Notes under the pieces: generated by a model | The model's input: the letters and a program-made list of their open reading frames with translations, nothing else | Database searches by the model: none | Told to the model about the DNA's origin: nothing | Program-made: the position numbers and the translations under genes | In this document: piece after piece, positions 38,520 to 52,169 of the stretch | How positions within the stretch are numbered: the first letter of the stretch is position 1 | Layout: each line of letters starts with the position of its first letter | Source: the human T2T-CHM13v2.0 reference genome, Homo sapiens | Length of the DNA stretch: 64,000 nucleotides | Direction: 5' to 3' (one strand) | NCBI RefSeq assembly: GCF_009914755.1 | Contig: NC_060938.1

Positions 38520-39950
38520 GCGGGGTCAGAGGAATAGAAAGGGACAGGGCTGAAGAACACAGGTCGCTGCATTTAGAAAGGAGGCGGGGTCAGAGGAATA
38601 GAAAGGGATAGGGATGAAGAACACAGGTCGCTGCATTTAGAAAGGAGGCGGGGTCAGAGGAATAGAAAGGGACAGGGCTGAAGAACACAGGTCGCTGCAT
38701 TTAGAAAGGAGGCGGGGTCAGAGGAATAGAAAGGGATAGGGATGAAGAACACAGGTCGCTGCATTTAGAAAGGAGGCGGGGTCAGAGGAATAGAAAGGGA
38801 CAGGGCTGAAGAACACAGGTCTCTGCATTTAGAAAGGAGGCGGGGTCAGAGGAATAGAAAGGGACAGGGCTGAAGAACACAGGTCGCTGCATTTAGAAAG
38901 GAGGCGGGGTCAGAGGAATAGAAAGGGATAGGGCTGAAGAACACAGGTCGCTGCATTTAGAAAGGAGGCGGGGTCAGAGGAATAGAAAGGGACAGGGCTG
39001 AAGAACAGAGGTCGCTGCATTTAGAAAGGAGGCGGGGTCAGAGGAATAGAAAGGGATAGGACTGAAGAACACAGGTCGCTGCATTTAGAAAGGAGGCGGG
39101 GTCAGAGGAATAGAAAGGGATAGGGCTGAAGAACACAGGTCGCTGCATTTAGAAAGGAGGCGGGGTCAGAGGAATAGAAAGGGATAGGCCAGAAGAACAC
39201 AGGTCGCTGCATTTAGAAAGGAGGCGGGGTCAGAGGAATAGAAAGGGACAGGGCTGAAGAACACAGGTCGCTGCATTTAGAAAGGAGGCGGGGTCAGAGG
39301 AATAGAAAGGGATAGGGATGAAGAACACAGGTCGCTGCATTTAGAAAGGAGGCGGGGTCAGAGGAATAGAAAGGGACAGGGCTGAAGAACACAGGTCGCT
39401 GCATTTAGAAAGGAGGCGGGGTCAGAGGAATAGAAAGGGATAGGGATGAAGAACACAGGTCGCTGCATTTAGAAAGGAGGCGGGGTCAGAGGAATAGAAA
39501 GGGACAGGACAGAAGAACACAGGTCTCTGCATTTAGAAAGGAGGCGGGGTCAGAGGAATAGAAAGGGACAGGGCTGAAGAACACAGGTCGCTGCATTTAG
39601 AAAGGAGGCGGGGTCAGAGGAATACAAAGGGATAGGGCTGAAGAACACAGGTCGCTGCATTTAGAAAGGAGGCGGGGTCAGAGGAATAGAAAGGGACAGG
39701 GCTGAAGAACAGAGGTCGCTGCATTTAGAAAGGAGGCGGGGTCAGAGGAATAGAAAGGGATAGGACTGAAGAACACAGGTCGCTGCATTTAGAAAGGAGG
39801 CGGGGTCAGAGGAATAGAAAGGGATAGGGCTGAAGAACACAGGTCGCTGCATTTAGAAAGGAGGCGGGGTCAGAGGAATAGAAAGGGATAGGCCAGAAGA
39901 ACACAGGTCGCTGCATTTAGAAAGGAGGCGGGGTCAGAGGAATAGAAAGG
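38520..39950 (+). repeat. Tandem duplication of an 11-monomer (704-bp) block
   Basis: GGTCTCTGC at 38822 and 39526; GGCCAGAAG at 39191 and 39895. Both offsets are 704 = 11x64. Confidence 0.88.
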
Positions 39951-42900
39951 GATAGGGCTGAAGAACAGAGGTCGCTGCATTTAGAAAGGAGGCGGGGTCA
40001 GAGGAATAGAAAGGGACAGGGCTGAAGAACACAGGTCACTGCATTTAGAAAGGAGTCGGGGTCAGAGGAATAGAAAGGGATAGGGCTGAAGAACACAGGT
40101 CGCTGCATTTAGAAAGGAGGCGGGGTCAGAGGAATAGAAAGGGACAGGGCTGAAGAACAGAGGTCGCTGCATTTAGAAAGGAGGCGGGGTCAGAGGAATA
40201 GAAAGGGATAGGACTGAAGAACAGAGGTCGCTGCATTTAGAAAGGAGGCGGGGTCAGAGGAATAGAAAGGGATAGGGCTGAAGAACAGAGGTCGCTGCAT
40301 TTAGAAAGGAGGCGGGGTCAGAGGAATAGAAAGGGATAGGGCTGAAGAACACAGGTCGCAGCATTTAGAAAGGAGGCGGGGTCAGAGGAATAGAAAGGGA
40401 CAGGGCTGAAGAACACAGGTCGCTGCATTTAGAAAGGAGGCGGGGTCAGAGGAATAGAAAGGGACAGGGCTGAAGAACACAGGTCGCTGCATTTAGAAAG
40501 GAGGCGGGGTCAGAGGAATAGAAAGGGATAGGCCTGAAGAACACAGGTCGCTGCATTTAGAAAGGAGGCGGGGTCAGAGGAATAGAAAGGGACAGGGCTG
40601 AAGAACAGAGGTCGCTGCATTTAGAAAGGAGGCGGGGTCAGAGGAATAGAAAGGGACAGGGCTGAAGAACAGAGGTCGCTGCATTTAGAAAGGAGGCGGG
40701 GTTAGAGGAATAGAAAGGGACAGGGCTGAAGAACACAGGTCGCTGCATTTAGAAAGGAGGCGGGGTCAGAGGAATAGAAAGGGACAGGGCTGAAGAACAG
40801 AGGTCGCTGCATTTAGAAAGGAGGCGGGGTCAGAGGAATAGAAAGGGACAGGACAGAAGAACACAGGTCGCTGCATTTAGAAAGGAGGCGGGGTCAGAGG
40901 AATAGAAAGGGATAGGGCTGAAGAACACAGGTCGCTGCATTTAGAAAGGAGGCGGGGTCAGAGGAATAGAAAGGGATAGGGCTGAAGAACAGAGGTCGCT
41001 GCATTTAGAAAGGAGGCGGGGTCAGTAGAATAGAAAGGGACAGGACAGAAGAACACAGGTCGCTGCATTTAGAAAGGAGGCGGGGTCAGAGGAATAGAAA
41101 GGGACAGGGCTGAAGAACAGAGGTGGCTGCATTTAGAAAGGAGGCGGGGTCAGAGGAATAGAAAGGGATGGGGCTGAAGAACAGAGGTCGCTGCATTTAG
41201 AAAGGAGGCGGGGTCAGAGGAATAGAAAGGGATAGGGCTGAAGAACACAGGTCGCTGCATTTAGAAAGGAGGCGGGGTCAGAGGAATAGAAAGGGACAGG
41301 GCTGAAGAACAGAGGTGGCTGCATTTAGAAAGGAGGCGGGGTCAGAGGAATAGAAAGGGATGGGGCTGAAGAACAGAGGTCGCTGCATTTAGAAAGGAGG
41401 CGGGGTCAGAGGAATAGAAAGGGATAGGGCTGAAGAACACAGGTCGCTGCATTTAGAAAGGAGGCGGGGTCAGAGGAATAGAAAGGGATAGGGCTGAAGA
41501 ACACAGGTCGCTGCATTTAGAAAGGAGGCGGGGTCAGAGGAATAGAAAGGGACAGGGCTGAAGAACAGAGGTGGCTGCATTTAGAAAGGAGGCGGGGTCA
41601 GAGGAATAGAAAGGGACAGGGCTGAAGAACACAGGTCGCTGCATTTAGAAAGGAGGCGGGGTCAGAGGAATAGAAAGGGATAGGGCTGAAGAACAGAGGT
41701 CGCTGCATTTAGAAAGGAGGCGGGGTCAGAGGAATAGAAAGGGATAGGGCTGAAGAACACAGGTCGCTGCATTTAGAAAGGAGGCGGGGTCAGAGGAATA
41801 GAAAGGGATAGGACTGAAGAACACAGGTCGCTGCATTTAGAAAGGAGGCGGGGTCAGAGGAATAGAAAGGGACAGGGCTGAAGAACAGAGGTCGCTGCAT
41901 TTAGAAAGGAGGCGGGGTCAGAGGAATAGAAAGGGACAGGGCTGAAGAACACAGGTCGCTGCATTTAGAAAGGAGGCGGGGTCAGAGGACTAGAAAGGGA
42001 CAGGGCTGAAGAACACAGGTCGCTGCATTTAGAAAGGAGGCGGGGTCAGAGGAATAGAAAGGGACAGGGCTGAAGAACACAGGTCGCTGCATTTAGAAAG
42101 GAGGCGGGGTCAGAGGAATAGAAAGGGACAGGGCTGAAGAACAGAGGTCGCTGCATTTAGAAAGGAGGCGGGGTCAGAGGAATAGAAAGGGACAGGGCTG
42201 AAGAACTGAGGTCGCTGTATTTAGAAAGGAGGCGGGGTCAGAGGAATAGAAAGGGACAGGGCTGAAGAACACAGGTCGCTGCATTTAGAAAGGAGGCGGG
42301 GTCAGAGGAATAGAAAGGGACAGGGCTGAAGAACAGAGGTCGCTGCATTTAGAAAGGAGGCGGGGTCAGAGGAATAGAAAGGGATAGGGCTGAAGAACAG
42401 AGGTCGCTGCATTTAGAAAGGAGGCGGGGTCAGAGGAATAGAAAGGGACAGGGCTGAAGAACACAGGTCGCTGCATTTAGAAAGGAGGCGGGGTCAGAGG
42501 AATAGAAAGGGATAGGGCTGAAGAACAGAGGTCGCTGCGTTTAGAAAGGAGGCGGGGTCAGAGGAATAGAAAGGGATAGGGCTGAAGAACAGAGGTCGCT
42601 GCATTTAGAAAGGAGGCGGAGTCAGAGGAATAGAAAGGGATAGGGCTGAAGAACAGAGGTCGCTGCATTTAGAAAGGAGGCGGGGTCAGAGGAATAGAAA
42701 GGGATAGGACTGAAGAACAGAGGTCGCTGCATTTAGAAAGGAGGCGGGGTCAGAGGAATAGAAAGGGATAGGGCTGAAGAACAGAGGTCGCTGCATTTAG
42801 AAAGGAGGCGGGGTCAGAGGAATAGAAAGGGATAGGCCTGAAGAACAGAGGTCGCTGCATTTAGAAAGGAGGCGGGGTCAGAGGAATAGAAAGGGATAGG

Positions 42901-43399
42901 GCTGAAGAACACAGGTCGCAGCATTTAGAAAGGAGGCGGGATCAGAGGAATAGAAAGGGATAGGCCTGAAGAACAGAGGTCGCTGCATTTAGAAAGGAGG
43001 CGGGGTCAGAGGAATAGAAAGGGACAGGGCTGAAGAACACAGGTCGCTGCATTTAGAAAGGAGGCGGGGTCAGAGGAATAGAAAGGGACAGGGCTGAAGA
43101 ACACAGGTCGCTGCATTTAGAAAAGAGGCGGGGTCAGAGGAATAGAAAGGGACAGGGCTGAAGAACACAGGTCGCTGCATTTAGAAAGGAGGCGGGGTCA
43201 GAGGAATAGAAAGGGATAGGGCTGAAGAACACAGGTCGCTGCATTTAGAAAGGAGGCGGGGTCAGAGGAATAGAAAGGGATAGGGCTGAAGAACAGAGGT
43301 CGCTGCATTTAGAAAGGAGGCGGGGTCAGAGGAATAGAAAGGGACAGGGCTGAAGAACACAGGTCGCTGCATTTAGAAAGGAGGCGGGGTCAGAGGAAT

Positions 43400-46300
43400 A
43401 GAAAGGGATAGGGCTGAAGAACACAGGTCGCTGCATTTAGAAAGGAGGCGGGGTCAGAGGAATAGAAACGGATAGGGCTGAAGAACAGAGGTCGCTGCAT
43501 TTAGAAAGGAGGCGGGGTCAGAGGAATAGAAAGGGATAGGGCTGAAGAACACAGGTCGCTGCATTTAGAAAGGAGGCGGGGTCAGAGGAATAGAAACGGA
43601 TAGGGCTGAAGAACAGAGGTCGCTGCATTTAGAAAGGAGGCGGGGTCAGAGGAATAGAAAGGGATAGGACTGAAGAACACAGGTCGCTGCATTTAGAAAG
43701 GAGGCGGGGTCAGAGGAATAGAAAGGGACAGGGCTGAAGAACACAGGTCGCTGCATTTAGAAAGGAGGCGGGGTCAGAGGAATAGAAAGGGACAGGACTG
43801 AAGAACACAGGTCGCTGCATTTAGAAAGGAGGCGGGGTCAGAGGAATAGAAAGGGACAGGGCTGAAGAACAGAGGTCGCTGCATTTAGAAAGGAGGCGGG
43901 GTCAGAGGAATAGAAAGGGACAGGACAGAAGAACACAGGTCGCTGCATTTAGAAAGGAGGCGGGATCAGAGGAATAGAAAGGGATAGGGCTGAAGAACAG
44001 AGGTCGCTGCATTTAGAAAGGAGGCGGGGTCAGAGGAATAGAAAGGGACAGGGCTGAAGAACAGAGGTCGCTGCATTTAGAAAGGAGGCGGGGTCAGAGG
44101 AATAGAAAGGGATAGGCCTGAAGAACAGAGGTCGCTGCATTTAGAAAGGAGGCGGGGTCAGAGGAATAGAAAGGGATAGGGATGAAGAACACAGGTCGCT
44201 GCATTTAGAAAGGAGGCGGGGTCAGAGGAATAGAAAGGGATAGGCCTGAAGAACAGAGGTCGCTGCATTTAGAAAGGAGGCGGGGTCAGAGGAATAGAAA
44301 GGGATAGGGATGAAGAACAGAGGTCGCTGCATTTAGAAAGGAGGCGGGGTCAGAGGAATAGAAAGGGTCAGGCCTGAAGAACAGAGGTCGCTGCATTTAG
44401 AAAGGAGGCGGGGTCAGAGGAATAGAAAGGGACAGGGCTGAAGAACACAGGTCGCTGCATTTAGAAAGGAGGCGGGGTCAGAGGAATAGAAAGGGATAGG
44501 GCTGAAGAACACAGGTCGCTGCATTTAGAAAGGAGGCGGGGTCAGAGGAATAGAAAGGGATAGGGCTGAAGAACACAGGTCGCTGCATTTAGAAAGGAGG
44601 CGGGGTCAGAGGAATAGAAAGGGATAGGGCTGAAGAACACAGGTCGCTGCATTTAGAAAGGAGGCGGGGTTAGAGGAATAGAAAGGGACAGGGCTGAAGA
44701 ACACAGGTCGCTGCATTTAGAAAGGAGGCGGGGTCAGAGGAATAGAAAGGGACAGGGCTGAAGAACACAGGTCGCTGCATTTAGAAAGGAGGCGGGGTCA
44801 GAGGAATAGAAAGGGACAGGGCTGAAGAACACAGGTCGCTGCATTTAGAAAGGAGGCGGGGTCAGAGGAATAGAAAGGGATAGGACTGAAGAACAGAGGT
44901 CGCTGCATTTAGAAAGGAGGCGGGGTCAGAGGAATAGAAAGGGATAGGGATGAAGAACACAGGTCGCTGCATTTAGAAAGGAGGCGGGGTTAGAGGAATA
45001 GAAAGGGATAGGCCTGAAGAACACAGGTCGCTGCATTTAGAAAGGAGGGGGGTCAGAGGAATAGAAAGGGACAGGGCTGAAGAACAGAGGTCGCTGCATT
45101 TAGAAAGGAGGCGGGGTCAGAGGAATAGAAAGGGACAGGGCTGAAGAACAGAGGTCGCTGCATTTAGAAAGGAGGCGGGGTCAGAGGAATAGAAAGGGAC
45201 AGGACAGAAGAACACAGGTCGCTGCATTTTGAAAGGAGGCGGGGTCAGAGGAATAGAAAGGGATAGGGCTGAAGAACAGAGGTCGCTGCATTTAGAAAGG
45301 AGGCGGGGTCAGAGGAATAGAAATGGACAGGGCTGAAGAACAGAGGTCGCTGCATTTAGAAAGGAGGCGGGGTCAGAGGAATAGAAAGGGATAGGGCTGA
45401 AGAACACAGGTCGCTGCATTTAGAAAGGAGGCGGGGTCAGAGGAATAGAAAGGGATAGGCCTGAAGAACACAGGTCGCTGCATTTAGAAAGGAGGCGGGG
45501 TCAGAGGAATAGAAAGGGATAGGGCTGAAGAACAGAGGTCGCTGCATTTAGAAAGGAGGCGGGGTCAGAGGAATAGAAAGGGATAGGGCTGAAGAACAGA
45601 GGTCGCTGCATTTAGAAAGGAGGCGGGGTCAGAGGAATAGAAAGGGACAGGGCTGAAGAACACAGGTCGCTGCATTTAGAAAGGAGGCGGGGTCAGAGGA
45701 ATAGAAAGGGACAGGGCTGAAGAACAGAGGTCGCTGCATTTAGAAAGGAGGCGGGGTCAGAGGAATAGAAAGGGATAGGGCTGAAGAACACAGGTCGCTG
45801 CATTTAGAAAGGAGGCGGGGTCAGAGGAATAGAAACGGATAGGGCTGAAGAACAGAGGTCGCTGCATTTAGAAAGGAGGCGGGGTCAGAGGAATAGAAAG
45901 GGATAGGGCTGAAGAACACAGGTCGCTGCATTTAGAAAGGAGGCGGGGTCAGAGGAATAGAAACGGATAGGGCTGAAGAACAGAGGTCGCTGCATTTAGA
46001 AAGGAGGCGGGGTCAGAGGAATAGAAAGGGATAGGACTGAAGAACACAGGTCGCTGCATTTAGAAAGGAGGCGGGGTCAGAGGAATAGAAAGGGACAGGG
46101 CTGAAGAACACAGGTCGCTGCATTTAGAAAGGAGGCGGGGTCAGAGGAATAGAAAGGGACAGGACTGAAGAACACAGGTCGCTGCATTTAGAAAGGAGGC
46201 GGGGTCAGAGGAATAGAAAGGGACAGGGCTGAAGAACAGAGGTCGCTGCATTTAGAAAGGAGGCGGGGTCAGAGGAATAGAAAGGGACAGGACAGAAGAA

Positions 46301-49300
46301 CACAGGTCGCTGCATTTAGAAAGGAGGCGGGGTCAGAGGAATAGAAAGGGATAGGGCTGAAGAACAGAGGTCGCTGCATTTAGAAAGGAGGCGGGGTCAG
46401 AGGAATAGAAAGGGACAGGGCTGAAGAACAGAGGTCGCTGCATTTAGAAAGGAGGCGGGGTCAGAGGAATAGAAAGGGATAGGCCTGAAGAACAGAGGTC
46501 GCTGCATTTAGAAAGGAGGCGGGGTCAGAGGAATAGAAAGCGATAGGGATGAAGAACACAGGTCGCTGCATTTAGAAAGGAGGCGGGGTCAGAGGAATAG
46601 AAAGGGATAGGCCTGAAGAACAGAGGTCGCTGCATTTAGAAAGGAGGCGGGGTCAGAGGAATAGAAAGGGATAGGTATGAAGAACAGAGGTCGCTGCATT
46701 TAGAAAGGAGGCGGGGTCAGAGGAATAGAAAGGGTCAGGCCTGAAGAACAGAGGTCGCTGCATTTAGAAAGGAGGCGGGGTCAGAGGAATAGAAAGGGAC
46801 AGGGCTGAAGAACACAGGTCGCTGCATTTAGAAAGGAGGCGGGGTCAGAGGAATAGAAAGGGATAGGGCTGAAGAACACAGGTCGCTGCATTTAGAAAGG
46901 AGGCGGGGTCAGAGGAATAGAAAGGGATAGGGCTGAAGAACACAGGTCGCTGCATTTAGAAAGGAGGCGGGGTCAGAGGAATAGAAAGGGATAGGGCTGA
47001 AGAACACAGGTCGCTGCATTTAGAAAGGAGGCGGGGTTAGAGGAATAGAAAGGGACAGGGCTGAAGAACACAGGTCGCTGCATTTAGAAAGGAGGCGGGG
47101 TCAGAGGAATAGAAAGGGACAGGGCTGAAGAACACAGGTCGCTGCATTTAGAAAGGAGGCGGGGTCAGAGGAATAGAAAGGGACAGGGCTGAAGAACACA
47201 GGTCGCTGCATTTAGAAAGGAGGCGGGGTCAGAGGAATAGAAAGGGATAGGACTGAAGAACAGAGGTCGCTGCATTTAGAAAGGAGGCGGGGTCAGAGGA
47301 ATAGAAAGGGATAGGGATGAAGAACACAGGTCGCTGCATTTAGAAAGGAGGCGGGGTTAGAGGAATAGAAAGGGATAGGGCTGAAGAACACAGGTCGCTG
47401 CATTTAGAAAGGAGGGGGGTCAGAGGAATAGAAAGGGACAGGGCTGAAGAACAGAGGTCGCTGCATTTAGAAAGGAGGCGGGGTCAGAGGAATAGAAAGG
47501 GACAGGGCTGAAGAACAGAGGTCGCTGCATTTAGAAAGGAGGCGGGGTCAGAGGAATAGAAAGGGACAGGACAGAAGAACACAGGTCGCTGCATTTTGAA
47601 AGGAGGCGGGGTCAGAGGAATAGAAAGGGATAGGGCTGAAGAACAGAGGTCGCTGCATTTAGAAAGGAGGCGGGGTCAGAGGAATAGAAATGGATAGGGC
47701 TGAAGAACACAGGTCGCTGCATTTAGAAAGGAGGCGGGGTCAGAGGAATAGAAAGGGATAGGCCTGAAGAACACAGGTCGCTGCATTTAGAAAGGAGGCG
47801 GGGTCAGAGGAATAGAAAGGGACAGGACAGAAGAACACAGGTCGCTGCATTTTGAAAGGAGGCGGGGTCAGAGGAATAGAAAGGGATAGGGCTGAAGAAC
47901 AGAGGTCGCTGCATTTAGAAAGGAGGCGGGGTCAGAGGAATAGAAATGGATAGGGCTGAAGAACACAGGTCGCTGCATTTAGAAAGGAGGCGGGGTCAGA
48001 GGAATAGAAAGGGATAGGCCTGAAGAACACAGGTCGCTGCATTTAGAAAGGAGGCGGGGTCAGAGGAATAGAAAGGGATAGGGCTGAAGAACACAGGTCG
48101 CTGCATTTAGAAAGGAGGCGGGGTCAGAGGAATAGAAAGGGACAGGGCTGAAGAACACAGGTCGCTGCATTTAGAAAGGAGGCGGGGTCAGAGGAATAGA
48201 AAGGGACAGGGCTGAAGAACAGAGGTCGCTGCATTTAGAAAGGAGGCGGGGTCAGAGGAATAGAAAGGGATAGGGCTGAAGAACAGAGGTCGCTGCATTT
48301 AGAAAGGAGGCGGGGTCAGAGGAATAGAAAGGGACAGGGCTGAAGAACACAGGTCGCTGCATTTAGAAAGGAGGCGGGGTCAGAGGAATAGAAAGGGATA
48401 GGGCTGAAGAACACAGGTCGCTGCATTTAGAAAGGAGGCGGGGTCAGAGGAATAGAAAGGGACAGGGCTGAAGAACAGAGGTCGCTGCATTTAGAAAGGA
48501 GGCGGGGTCAGAGGAATAGAAAGGGATAGGACTGAAGAACACAGGTCGCTGCATTTAGAAAGGAGGCGGGGTTAGAGGAATAGAAAGGGATAGGGCTGAA
48601 GAACACAGGTCGCTGCATTTAGAAAGGAGGCGGGGTCAGAGGAATAGAAAGGGATAGGACTGAAGAACACAGGTCGCTGCATTTAGAAAGGAGGCGGGGT
48701 CAGAGGAATAGAAAGGGATAGGGCTGAAGAACACAGGTCGCTGCATTTAGAAAGGAGGCGGGGTCAGAGGAATAGAAAGGGATAGGCCTGAAGAACACAG
48801 GTCGCTGCATTTAGAAAGGAGGCGGGGTCAGAGGAATAGAAAGGGATAGGACTGAAGAACACAGGTCGCTGCATTTAGAAAGGAGGCGGGGTCAGAGGAA
48901 TAGAAAGGGACAGGGCTGAAGAACACAGGTCGCTGCATTTAGAAAGGAGTCGGGGTCAGAGGAATAGAAAGGGATAGGGCTGAAGAACACAGGTCGCTGC
49001 ATTTAGAAAGGAGGCGGGGTCAGAGGAATAGAAAGGGACAGGGCTGAAGAACACAGGTCGCTGCATTTAGAAAGGAGGCGGGGTCAGAGGAATAGAAAGG
49101 GACAGGGCTGAAGAACACAGGTCGCTGCATTTAGAAAGGAGGCGGGGTCAGAGGAATAGAAAGGGGGAGGGCTGAAGAACACAGGTCGCTGCATTTAGAA
49201 AGGAGGCGGGGTCAGAGGAATAGAAAGGGATAGGGCTGAAGAACACAGGTCGCTGCATTTAGAAAGGAGGCGGGGTCAGAGGAATAGAAACGGATAGGGC

Positions 49301-51450
49301 TGAAGAACAGAGGTCGCTGCATTTAGAAAGGAGGCGGGGTCAGAGGAATAGAAAGGGATAGGGCTGAAGAACACAGGTCGCTGCATTTAGAAAGGAGGCG
49401 GGGTCAGAGGAATAGAAACGGATAGGGCTGAAGAACAGAGGTCGCTGCATTTAGAAAGGAGGCGGGGTCAGAGGAATAGAAAGGGATAGGGCTGAAGAAC
49501 ACAGGTCGCTGCATTTAGAAAGGAGGCGGGGTCAGAGGAATAGAAAGGGACAGGGCTGAAGAACACAGGTCGCTGCATTTAGAAAGGAGGCGGGGTCAGA
49601 GGAATAGAAAGGGACAGGACTGAAGAACACAGGTCGCTGCATTTAGAAAGGAGGCGGGGTCAGAGGAATAGAAAGGGACAGGGCTGAAGAACAGAGGTCG
49701 CTGCATTTAGAAAGGAGGCGGGGTCAGAGGAATAGAAAGGGACAGGACAGAAGAACACAGGTCGCTGCATTTAGAAAGGAGGCGGGGTCAGAGGAATAGA
49801 AAGGGATAGGGCTGAAGAACAGAGGTCGCTGCATTTAGAAAGGAGGCGGGGTCAGAGGAATAGAAAGGGACAGGGCTGAAGAACAGAGGTCGCTGCATTT
49901 AGAAAGGAGGCGGGGTCAGAGGAATAGAAAGGGATAGGCCTGAAGAACAGAGGTCGCTGCATTTAGAAAGGAGGCGGGGTCAGAGGAATAGAAAGGGATA
50001 GGGATGAAGAACACAGGTCGCTGCATTTAGAAAGGAGGCGGGGTCAGAGGAATAGAAAGGGATAGGCCTGAAGAACAGAGGTCGCTGCATTTAGAAAGGA
50101 GGCGGGGTCAGAGGAATAGAAAGGGATAGGGATGAAGAACAGAGGTCGCTGCATTTAGAAAGGAGGCGGGGTCAGAGGAATAGAAAGGGTCAGGCCTGAA
50201 GAACAGAGGTCGCTGCATTTAGAAAGGAGGCGGGGTCAGAGGAATAGAAAGGGACAGGGCTGAAGAACACAGGTCGCTGCATTTAGAAAGGAGGCGGGGT
50301 CAGAGGAATAGAAAGGGATAGGGCTGAAGAACACAGGTCGCTGCATTTAGAAAGGAGGCGGGGTCAGAGGAATAGAAAGGGATAAGGCTGAAGAACACAG
50401 GTCGCTGCATTTAGAAAGGAGGCGGGGTCAGAGGAATAGAAAGGGATAGGGCTGAAGAACACAGGTCGCTGCATTTAGAAAGGAGGCGGGGTGAGAGGAA
50501 TAGAAAGGGACAGGGCTGAAGAACACAGGTCGCTGCATTTAGAAAGGAGGCGGGGTCAGAGGAATAGAAAGGGACAGGGCTGAAGAACACAGGTCGCTGC
50601 ATTTAGAAAGGAGGCGGGGTCAGAGGAATAGAAAGGGACAGGGCTGAAGAACACAGGTCGCTGCATTTAGAAAGGAGGCGGGGTCAGAGGAATAGAAAGG
50701 GATAGGACTGAAGAACAGAGGTCGCTGCATTTAGAAAGGAGGCGGGGTCAGAGGAATAGAAAGGGATAGGGATGAAGAACACAGGTCGCTGCATTTAGAA
50801 AGGAGGCGGGGTTAGAGGAATAGAAAGGGATAGGCCTGAAGAACACAGGTCGCTGCATTTAGAAAGGAGGGGGGTCAGAGGAATAGAAAGGGACAGGGCT
50901 GAAGAACAGAGGTCGCTGCATTTAGAAAGGAGGCGGGGTCAGAGGAATAGAAAGGGACAGGGCTGAAGAACAGAGGTCGCTGCATTTAGAAAGGAGGCGG
51001 GGTCAGAGGAATAGAAAGGGACAGGGCTGAAGAACAGAGGTCGCTGCATTTAGAAAGGAGGCGGGGTCAGAGGAATAGAAAGGGACAGGACAGAAGAACA
51101 CAGGTCGCTGCATTTTGAAAGGAGGCGGGGTCAGAGGAATAGAAAGGGATAGGGCTGAAGAACAGAGGTCGCTGCATTTAGAAAGGAGGCGGGGTCAGAG
51201 GAATAGAAATGGACAGGGCTGAAGAACAGAGGTCGCTGCATTTAGAAAGGAGGCGGGGTCAGAGGAATAGAAAGGGATAGGGCTGAAGAACACAGGTCGC
51301 TGCATTTAGAAAGGAGGCGGGGTCAGAGGAATAGAAAGGGATAGGCCTGAAGAACACAGGTCGCTGCATTTAGAAAGGAGGCGGGGTCAGAGGAATAGAA
51401 AGGGATAGGGCTGAAGAACAGAGGTCGCTGCATTTAGAAAGGAGGCGGGG
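43400..51450 (+). repeat. Three copies of a ~2.0-2.3 kb block (~43400-45550, ~45770-47800, ~49220-51450)
   Basis: The variant AAAGGGTCAGGCC is seen only at 44368, 46735 and 50190 (offsets 37x64-1 and 54x64-1). Each copy is preceded by a pair of AAACGG monomers and followed by the C deletion, CATTTTG and AAATGG variants in the same order. Confidence 0.92.
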
Positions 51451-52169
51451 TCAGAGGAATAGAAAGGGACAGGGCTGAAGAACACAGGTCGCTGCATTTA
51501 GAAAGGAGGCGGGGTCAGAGGAATGGAAAGGGACGGGGCTGAAGAACAGAGGTCGCTGCATTTAGAAAGGAGGCGGGGTCAGAGGAATAGAAAGGGACAG
51601 GGCTGAAGAACACAGGTCGCTGCATTTAGAAAGGAGGCGGGGTTAGAGGAATAGAAAGGGACAGGGCTGAAGAACAGAGGTCGCTGCATTTAGAAAGAGG
51701 CGGGGTCAGAGGAATAGAAAGGGACAGGGCTGAAGAACAGAGGTCGCTGCATTTAGAAAGGAGGCGGGGTCAGAGGAATAGAAAGGGACAGGGCTGAAGA
51801 ACACAGGTCGCTGCATTTAGAAAGGAGGCGGGGTTAGAGGAATAGAAAGGGACAGGGCTGAAGAACACAGGTCGCTGCATTTAGAAAGGAGGCGGGGTCA
51901 GAGGAATAGAAAGGGATAGGACTGAAGAACACAGGTCGCTGCATTTAGAAAGGAGGCGGGGTCAGAGGAATAGAAAGGGATAGGCCTGAAGAACAGAGGT
52001 CGCTGCATTTAGAAAGGAGGCGGGGTCAGAGGAATAGAAAGGGATAGGGCTGAAGAACACAGGTCGCTGCATTTAGAAAGGAGGCGGGGTCAGAGGAATA
52101 GAAAGGGATAGGGCTGAAGAACAGAGGTCGCTTCATTTAGAAACGAGGCGGGGTCAGAGGAATAGAAAG

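Noticed and set aside
50411-50602. 63-aa minus-strand ORF
   Set aside because: Same artefact: C4>G at 50493. Similarity among the four peptides reflects repeat identity, not protein-level conservation.
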